A stretch of 31,723 nt of DNA from a virus. Taxonomy: Duplodnaviria; Caudoviricetes. The stretch lies in the IMG/VR virus record IMGVR_UViG_3300017785_000957, positions 1 through 31,723 of that record, one strand, 5' to 3'. Below the pieces are notes generated by a model, which saw only the letters and a program-made list of their open reading frames with translations, made no database searches and was not told the origin of the DNA. The position numbers and the translations under genes are program-made. Shown piece after piece: positions 26,243-31,723 of this stretch; within the stretch, counting starts at the first letter, position 1; each line of letters starts with the position of its first letter.

Positions 26243-27031
26243 TTAGACCAGCCATTTTGGGGCCGAGATTGTTTGGATTCCCTCAATTTGCTTTGGGAAG
26301 TTCTTCAGTTTGATGCATTCATTCCACTTTGACAAGGCTTGCATATAAGCGATTCGTCCCCGCTGAATGAAATCCTCGTCAATGCTAATCCATGCACCTT
26401 CATATGGAGCGGAGGTTTCAACAAAGTAGAACAGGAACTGATTCCGATTTTCCCCTGTTGCCGCATTCCATAAATCCAAATAGAGGGCCGCTTGCCAATG
26501 GTGGCCCCGATTGATGATATTTCGGACAATCCCATCCAGCCCATCAATACTTGCCGTTGTTTTTAAGTCAACGAGTGCATTTGAACTAGCAGGAACAAAA
26601 TCAATCATTCCCTTGAGTTTTGTATCCCCGATTTGGGAATAGACGGCGACTTCCGTTTCTCCATCTTCCGATTGACCTTCCCAAAATGAACTGGAGATTG
26701 CATGAGCCTTGTCGAAATCCTCGTCCGAAACGATGGTCATTCCGCTTTCAACTGCTTCTGCTTTCCAGTTTTGAGCTTCCTTTGTTCTGAAGTTGTCAAA
26801 TGGTGATTTAACAAACTCCCCGAGATCCTCTGGCGTGAGCGTAATGGCGTGGACAAGCCTCCCAAAGTCCATTGCTGGAGTGGATTCTCGCTTTTTGCTA
26901 TGAAGCCATTTGTAGGGGCTTTTGAAGAAGTCAAACAGCATGGACTTTGAGACATATCCTTCAAGGTTTTGAGGAGTTGCCCCGTCCTTGTAGTACTCAC
27001 GCCCAAGGTTGCGTTTTACGAATGAATTCAT
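26243..27031 (-). CDS. RecE/exonuclease VIII-like PD-(D/E)xK nuclease (DUF3799-like)
   Basis: SKSML...SP, AMDFGRLVH, KGMID, VDLKT, QAALY and FVETSAPY motifs. Confidence 0.88.
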   Translation of the reverse strand: MNSFVKRNLGREYYKDGATPQNLEGYVSKSMLFDFFKSPYKWLHSKKRESTPAMDFGRLVHAITLTPEDLGEFVKSPFDNFRTKEAQNWKAEAVESGMTIVSDEDFDKAHAISSSFWEGQSEDGETEVAVYSQIGDTKLKGMIDFVPASSNALVDLKTTASIDGLDGIVRNIINRGHHWQAALYLDLWNAATGENRNQFLFYFVETSAPYEGAWISIDEDFIQRGRIAYMQALSKWNECIKLKNFPKQIEGIQTISAPKWLV

Positions 27032-27609
27032 TGTGCCGCCTCCATTTTCTTTTGCTTGGCATCAAGTGACTTTGTGGCAACTGCCATCTTGTCGATTGTA
27101 ATGTCCTCCATTTTCTCAACTCCAAGGAATTTACAGAATGCTTCTTCAGCGACTTGCAGTTCTTCCATGCGAGCTTGCAGCCCCATGATCTGAAGCGGAG
27201 AGATTGGAACCTTTTTCATCGAATGAGCGGCTGATTGTCCATCATCGTCCTCTTGTGCGATTCCACAAATCGAGGCAAGGGAATAGCGTCGTAGGTAGGT
27301 TGTAGCGGCTCCAATACCTTGTGCGTCTGTCTTGGCGGGAATGCAGGATGAGACTCCTGTAATGGTTCCGCCTCCAGCATGGGCTAGGCACGTTGTTACG
27401 CTTGCCATTGCCCCATCGAATGAAGGGATTTGCAAGATGCTTAATCCATTGGCAGAATAGACTGGGCGAATGGTGTTTAGGACTTCAGCAAGATCCGCAT
27501 ATTTAGATTTGAAATGCGGATTTGTGCTACCTTTTGTGGCGTTTTCAACTTCGCTTTGCGCTTTTGCAAGGGCCGCGAACAATTCTGGTGTTGCATTTTC
27601 TAGGTTCAT
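27028..27609 (-). CDS. erf: ERF-family ssDNA annealing protein
   Basis: NPHFKSKYADL and QGIGAATTYLRRYSL...GIAQEDDDG signature. Confidence 0.92.
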   Translation of the reverse strand: MNLENATPELFAALAKAQSEVENATKGSTNPHFKSKYADLAEVLNTIRPVYSANGLSILQIPSFDGAMASVTTCLAHAGGGTITGVSSCIPAKTDAQGIGAATTYLRRYSLASICGIAQEDDDGQSAAHSMKKVPISPLQIMGLQARMEELQVAEEAFCKFLGVEKMEDITIDKMAVATKSLDAKQKKMEAAQ

Positions 27610-27613
27610 TTTT

Positions 27614-27952
27614 TTATGGTGTTGCCGTGTTGGCGGGATCAATTTGGATGCTTTCTGACGGATAGCAAGATAATTCTTTCACTTTTTTCATTACTGAAAT
27701 GGCATGGGCAAGATATTCTGGGTTATTCTCGCAAAGAAGTCTGGTTTTCTGTCTCCCATGCATGACAGTCTGATGCGAGTTTTTCCCAAATTTCTTTGCC
27801 GTGTAATTCAGCGAGTGGACTTCGGAATAAATGGTCATCGCCAACCAACGAGGTCGGACGTATTCCATGAGCCTAGTGTTGCACATCATAAGAGCGGGGT
27901 CAATTTTGAATTCACTCGCCACAAGCTCAACCAATTTTTCAAATGCGATCAT
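27614..27952 (-). CDS. DnaA domain IV-like HTH protein
   Basis: VASEF...TR...VRPRWLAM...SL...AKKFGKNSHQTVMHG follows the DnaA C-terminal pattern. Confidence 0.75.
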   Translation of the reverse strand: MIAFEKLVELVASEFKIDPALMMCNTRLMEYVRPRWLAMTIYSEVHSLNYTAKKFGKNSHQTVMHGRQKTRLLCENNPEYLAHAISVMKKVKELSCYPSESIQIDPANTATP

Positions 27953-28191
27953 TGCGAGAGAGCTTCATAAGTTGGTTGGTCTTCGTATCGGATAGCATCC
28001 CCATCCCAAAATGGGCCAAGCAAGTCCGAAATCTTCATTGCACCTTCCAATTCAAGCCTTGCATATTGACTTATGAATCTCCCTGTAACGGAGTGGCCTT
28101 GTTCATCTAGGAACCTCATGGCATCATTTTCATTGGCGAACTCGTAAGTGGCGAATGCACCTTTTCCTCGTTTTGTTATTCTGATTTTCAT
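27949..28191 (-). CDS. Hypothetical protein
   Basis: 80 aa; ATGA overlaps on both sides. Confidence 0.65.
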   Translation of the reverse strand: MKIRITKRGKGAFATYEFANENDAMRFLDEQGHSVTGRFISQYARLELEGAMKISDLLGPFWDGDAIRYEDQPTYEALSQ

Positions 28192-28370
28192 TTGATTGGG
28201 TCTTTCGGGTTTGCGAGGATAAGGACGGCAATCACATCAGCGAGTAAACACGTCCAGAATAGGTTGTAGTTCCATTTTTCGGATATGAGGTTAGCTTGAT
28301 GGACGCAATGGTAAACGCCAACATGGGCGAGTAGGATGATAGTGAATAATGCGGCTGGATGTAGTTTCAT
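28188..28370 (-). CDS. Small two-helix membrane protein
   Basis: AALFTIILLAHVGVY and LFWTCLLADVIAVLIL; ATG 28370 overlaps the upstream stop. Confidence 0.55.
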   Translation of the reverse strand: MKLHPAALFTIILLAHVGVYHCVHQANLISEKWNYNLFWTCLLADVIAVLILANPKDPIK

Positions 28371-28651
28371 TTGAAGTGGTGTTTGTATCGTGGGTTGTTT
28401 TTTAGTTTTGGTGCGTTTCTTATTTGGGAAGCCGTAGCATTCCATGTTTGGCCTAAGTAGGTTGAGATTTCTGTCTTGGTCATGCCGATTTCAAGCATAC
28501 GGCTTGCAATGATGCTTTTAAGCCGTGATGCATTCCATGAGTCAAATCCTGTTGAGTCTTTTAAGACTTCCAGCGGATTAATGGACGGGATAGCATTTTG
28601 GCAGACTTGCTTGATTATTTCACTTGGTAGCATTACGGCATTTTCTGACAA
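28367..28651 (-). CDS. HTH protein, divergent DnaA domain IV-like
   Basis: EIIKQVC...SRLKSIIASRMLEIGMTKTEISTYLGQTWNAT; start may be 28633. Confidence 0.55.
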   Translation of the reverse strand: MSENAVMLPSEIIKQVCQNAIPSINPLEVLKDSTGFDSWNASRLKSIIASRMLEIGMTKTEISTYLGQTWNATASQIRNAPKLKNNPRYKHHFK

Positions 28652-28823
28652 GGTTGGCGAAATCCTTCCTGGATATTGGAAGCGAGATTTCAGAAACCCA
28701 ATAGCAAACTTGTTTGCCGTGCCAATTATTGGAGACGAATGTTGCCACTCCCCCGTCCCAAGTCGGGCCGAATCTCCAAAGCGTTAAGTTGTTCTCCATT
28801 TTTTTGCGTTCAATTATTTTCAT
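28620..28823 (-). CDS. Hypothetical protein
   Basis: 67 aa with A-rich leader, within the leftward gene run. Confidence 0.55.
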   Translation of the reverse strand: MKIIERKKMENNLTLWRFGPTWDGGVATFVSNNWHGKQVCYWVSEISLPISRKDFANLVRKCRNATK

Positions 28824-28844
28824 GTTTTTAGTTTTGTTTATAGT

Positions 28845-29270
28845 TCATGCGTCCCAAGATGATGACCAGCAAACGGCAACATCTGGCTTTTCGTAAGGGT
28901 CAATTCCCTCAATTTCAAGCACGTTCTTTACTATTTCCCAATCGGCTTCTTTGCCTAGCGTCTCAAATAGGGAAACTCCTTCATCCCTTTGGTTGTCGTA
29001 AGCCTTTTGAATCTGCTTATCTATCCATTCTAGGTCAGAATCCGCTTGTTGAGCTATCGTCGCTCCGTTTTGAGGCTCAACAACGCATCGCAAGTATGTG
29101 ATAACTTGCTCATATCTTGTTTGCGCTCTATTCATAGTCATTTTTTTAATGGTTTGATTTATCTCTTCAATATCCACAATGCTTTGGGCATCGCTTGTGC
29201 AAAGTCCCTCCGCTTCAAGTTGTGCGACTCTTTCGAGATACCAGTCAATTTCTGATTTGCTTTTTTTCAT
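28845..29270 (-). CDS. Hypothetical protein (LEAEGLCTSDAQ module plus second domain)
   Basis: 141 aa acidic; ATGA overlap with the upstream small ORF. Confidence 0.65.
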   Translation of the reverse strand: MKKSKSEIDWYLERVAQLEAEGLCTSDAQSIVDIEEINQTIKKMTMNRAQTRYEQVITYLRCVVEPQNGATIAQQADSDLEWIDKQIQKAYDNQRDEGVSLFETLGKEADWEIVKNVLEIEGIDPYEKPDVAVCWSSSWDA

Positions 29271-29407
29271 TTTCCTTGGCGGTGAAATTCATCTATGGAT
29301 TTAATTATTCTTTGGCATTCTTCACGGCATTCCTTGCTTGTAGGATTGCGTCCTAGTTTAAGGCAAAGGCTCTCCCAAATTGTTGGCTTTCTTTCTTTTG
29401 TTTTCAT
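29267..29407 (-). CDS. Small hypothetical protein, 46 aa (not in ORF track)
   Basis: MKTKERKPTIWESLCLKLGRNPTSKECREECQRIIKSIDEFHRQGK; has the same CCATCAAA leader as its neighbours and fills the gap exactly. Confidence 0.7.
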   Translation of the reverse strand: MKTKERKPTIWESLCLKLGRNPTSKECREECQRIIKSIDEFHRQGK

Positions 29408-29419
29408 GTTTTTTGATGG

Positions 29420-29656
29420 TTAGCGTGTTTGATAATCGTAGAACTCAATCCGAATTACTGAAATGTCTGACGGCTTGGTCATTGGTATTGATTCATCAAA
29501 TCGGTTGTCATTGTAAATATTGGCGACCATTCTTGCCGCGCCTTTGAAGGTTGGTTTTTTCGCAGAGTAAGAGCGGATGAATGAATAGGTTGACTCATAC
29601 CCCCTGCCAGCTTTGCAATAATGGATTGCGGTGATTTTTGTGATTGTTCTTTTCAT
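29420..29656 (-). CDS. Hypothetical early protein
   Basis: 78 aa; leader AACCATCAAAGAAC-ATG. Confidence 0.65.
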   Translation of the reverse strand: MKRTITKITAIHYCKAGRGYESTYSFIRSYSAKKPTFKGAARMVANIYNDNRFDESIPMTKPSDISVIRIEFYDYQTR

Positions 29657-29684
29657 GTTCTTTGATGGTTAAGGTTTGCGCTCT

Positions 29685-29711
29685 AACTAGGCCACAAGCT
29701 AGGCCGTGAGA
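29685..29711. repeat. Intergenic repeat copy 1 (AACTAGGCCacAAGCTAGGCCGTGAGA)
   Basis: 25 of 27 nt identical to 30079-30105; contains CTAGGCC twice at 12-nt spacing. Confidence 0.85.
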
Positions 29712-29712
29712 T

Positions 29713-30045
29713 TCAGAAATCTTGAATGATGACCCCGCCTTGAAACTCAATTACATTGGTTCGGCATCCTAGCCATTGCAAGGCCTCGGCATCGCATTCC
29801 TGGCCATCGTCCGCAATGTCCTCACTAGGTTCCCAGCCGTAATTTTCAGCGGCTTCTTGAGCGGATTCGTATTCTGTGAATTCACAACGGATTGCCACAA
29901 TATCAAGTTCTAGCTCTTCTCCATTGGCCTTTTCAAACTCTTCAAAATATTCTGCCAAGGCCTCGGCTCCATTCCATGACCAGTTGGCGTTATGGTCAAA
30001 CATAAGGGCATGGGTGATTTCTTCGATAGTAAGTGTTTTTTTCAT
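29713..30045 (-). CDS. Acidic early protein (possible DNA mimic/antirestriction)
   Basis: 110 aa, very D/E-rich; GAEALAEYFEE...ELDIVAIRCEFTEY. Confidence 0.6.
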   Translation of the reverse strand: MKKTLTIEEITHALMFDHNANWSWNGAEALAEYFEEFEKANGEELELDIVAIRCEFTEYESAQEAAENYGWEPSEDIADDGQECDAEALQWLGCRTNVIEFQGGVIIQDF

Positions 30046-30078
30046 GTTCTTTTTTTCTTTGGTTTGGTTTGGTGCTTC

Positions 30079-30105
30079 AACTAGGCCGTAAGCTAGGCCG
30101 TGAGA
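30079..30105. repeat. Intergenic repeat copy 2 (AACTAGGCCgtAAGCTAGGCCGTGAGA)
   Basis: Direct repeat of 29685-29711. Confidence 0.85.
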
Positions 30106-30110
30106 ATTAT

Positions 30111-30353
30111 TTACAAGACTGGATGACTTGCAAGATTATTTTTCAGCATTTCTGAAATTTCCATGCATCCAAAGACTTGGTTTCCGCCGTATTGCTCGCA
30201 AGCATCGTCCACAATGGTTCCGATGTATTCCAAGTAAATTTTCGCGCCTGCAATATTTCCAGCCTTTAAAGCCTTGGAAGCTCTTTCAACTTCGCGCAAG
30301 ATTTCCGAAAGGACATTGCCACAAGTTGACATTTCAAAGTGATTTCTTTTCAT
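30111..30353 (-). CDS. Hypothetical early protein
   Basis: 80 aa; leader AACCATCAAAGAAA-ATG. Confidence 0.65.
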   Translation of the reverse strand: MKRNHFEMSTCGNVLSEILREVERASKALKAGNIAGAKIYLEYIGTIVDDACEQYGGNQVFGCMEISEMLKNNLASHPVL

Positions 30354-30378
30354 TTTCTTTGATGGTTTGATGTTTGAT

Positions 30379-30609
30379 TCAGCCTTGCTTCTTGGATACG
30401 CTTAGAAGGGACAAGAATCGCTCCCTAGTCGCCTTGGCTGAGCCTTGTGGATGTGCAACCCATAAAGAGCGGCCTGTCGATTTAACGAAGCGTGATGGTT
30501 TCCCACCGCCGCAGGAAACCCATTGGCCAGCTTGGAGTTTAATTTGACCAGAGATAACCGCGCTTTGAGTGGCAGCATTCCAGAGGTCTATTTTTGGTAG
30601 GTATTTCAT
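30379..30609 (-). CDS. Hypothetical early protein
   Basis: 76 aa with LQAGQWV...PSRFV motif; begins 15 nt after the hammerhead. Confidence 0.7.
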   Translation of the reverse strand: MKYLPKIDLWNAATQSAVISGQIKLQAGQWVSCGGGKPSRFVKSTGRSLWVAHPQGSAKATRERFLSLLSVSKKQG

Positions 30610-30624
30610 TGTCTTTGTTTGTTT

Positions 30625-30674
30625 AGTCTCATCAGTAAGGGCTTGACCCCTAGACGGCTTACGCCGTTTCGACT
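30625..30674 (-). ncRNA. Hammerhead ribozyme, type II
   Basis: Minus-strand RNA AGUC-GAAA-CGGC(GUAA)GCCG-UC^UAGGGG(UCAAG)CCCUUA-CUGAUGA-GACU: all core nucleotides present, stems I, II and III pair, GUC cleavage triplet. Confidence 0.92.
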
Positions 30675-30829
30675 TTTTCGCTTTTCGGGAAACTTACCCA
30701 CCGCTTGCAAACCTTGCCACAAGTAAGTGTCATTGTTCCATCTTCGTTTTCAGTATACCAGCCCCCATTTAAGACGAAGTGGAACCCAGTTGCAATTTCA
30801 ATCATTGGCAGATAGTAAGTATATTTCAT
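30659..30829 (-). CDS. First gene of the leftward early transcript, 56 aa hypothetical
   Basis: ATG 30829 with AACATCAAAGAAA leader, downstream of the promoter at 30882-30910; its last codons are part of the ribozyme. Confidence 0.6.
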   Translation of the reverse strand: MKYTYYLPMIEIATGFHFVLNGGWYTENEDGTMTLTCGKVCKRWVSFPKSEKVETA

Positions 30830-30881
30830 TTTCTTTGATGTTTTGGTTTGATTGTGAGCTTTGCTTCGCTCAACTGAAATC

Positions 30882-30910
30882 AAGGTAAATCATGGATTCA
30901 GCCTTGGCAA
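30882..30910 (-). promoter_or_regulatory. Sigma70-type early promoter
   Basis: Minus strand TTGCCA-N17-TACCTT with an AT-rich upstream element. Confidence 0.6.
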
Positions 30911-31723
30911 TAAAAATCTTAATTATTTTTCAAATCGCCTACAAGCCCCATAAACAAAGGGATTGAAAGCCTGGGGAATCCATTTCAAACCCCGATTTTT
31001 ATTAGCAAACCCCTAATCCCATTCCCTCGCGCAATCTTAAACCCACTATAATAGGGATTGTCGCTGGCATCTGTAGCAGGCCTCATGCTCTTTTGGGTTG
31101 TATTAGGCAAGGTCAGTAGCAGAGGCTTAAGTAAGCTTACTGGCAGGCCTCTAGCTCCCTTAAGGTGATTTTAACCATGGATGCTGATGGCTTGTCTATA
31201 GCTAATATTGGTAGTTGAGAGCTAATCCTAGTAAATGCGTTGATTATTTTTGATACCCCCCCCCTAAAATGTGGTGTTCAAGCGCACATCACGCTATTTC
31301 AGCCGTAAATGGGCCTAGAATCGCTTGGCATGGTTTATGGGGTAAGGCTAGGGCCGATCAATTCAAAGCTATTTTAATCTAACATCTATCTAACAAGTAA
31401 CTTGGCACGGAATCTGTACTGCGCTATTCTTGTTACATTGTCCAGGTCATGGCGTTCTGCAGAACAATGATCGCATGAACAAGTGGTCAGATGAACATGG
31501 CCTAGGGTTGAGCAGGTGATTCAAGCGCGTGATTTAAACGATTGTTTGAATTTGACGATTGGCGCAAGGATGTAATGTTACATTGTTACATTAATGCGTG
31601 TTCGGATAAGTAGTGTTCGGATGAACAGGGGGGAGGGGGTTGGCAGCGGCCTCTGATAAAAAATGCTGAGCGATTAACTTGCCGAACAAAAAATTTGTAA
31701 TTGCCAAAACATTATATTGACAA
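30911..31723. other. Non-coding control region (divergent promoters; possible origin or packaging/terminal region)
   Basis: No ORF of 60 aa or more; C9 tract, G6AG5 tract, short repeats, a palindrome, and TTGACA at 31717-31722. Confidence 0.5.

Noticed and set aside
29685-30105. Direct repeats considered as a CRISPR array or attachment sites
   Set aside because: Only two copies about 390 nt apart, with no cas or integrase gene in the window.
31047-31052. TATAAT on the plus strand
   Set aside because: No matching -35 element or downstream ORF.
1-31723. tRNA genes, reverse transcriptase/DGR, introns, inteins, alternative genetic code
   Set aside because: None recognised by eye; genes tile tightly under the standard code and TerL and capsid have normal lengths. 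A tRNAscan/Infernal run would be needed to exclude RNAs formally.

Overview
This window is most of a tailed dsDNA phage genome with podovirus-like (P22/ejectosome-type) virion genes. Bases 1-20677 form a rightward late region: a 5'-truncated DDxxD protein, three ejection (internal virion) proteins, terminase small and large subunits, portal, a cluster of tiny basic proteins, scaffold, major capsid, decoration, adaptor, two fibre/spike genes, two holin-like genes, an M15 endolysin, an HExxH protein and a metallophosphoesterase. Bases 20674-30829 form a convergent leftward early/middle region: DnaC-like loader, C5 DNA methyltransferase, RuvC-like resolvase, SSB-like protein, RecE-like exonuclease, ERF annealase, DnaA-domain-IV-like proteins and many small ORFs. 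About 0.8 kb of motif-rich non-coding DNA closes the window. Three observations stand out. (1) The C5 methyltransferase locus is double-coded: two ~385-aa ORFs start 2 nt apart (ATGTG); one carries motifs I-VIII and X, the other carries motif IX and four W-P/A-T/I repeat modules. (2) A complete type II hammerhead ribozyme on the minus strand (30625-30674) has the upstream gene's stop codon in its stem III tetraloop. (3) A prenyltransferase-like DDxxD protein sits directly ahead of the ejection genes. No tRNA, CRISPR array, integrase or polymerase was seen. All calls come from motif reading by eye, with no database searches.
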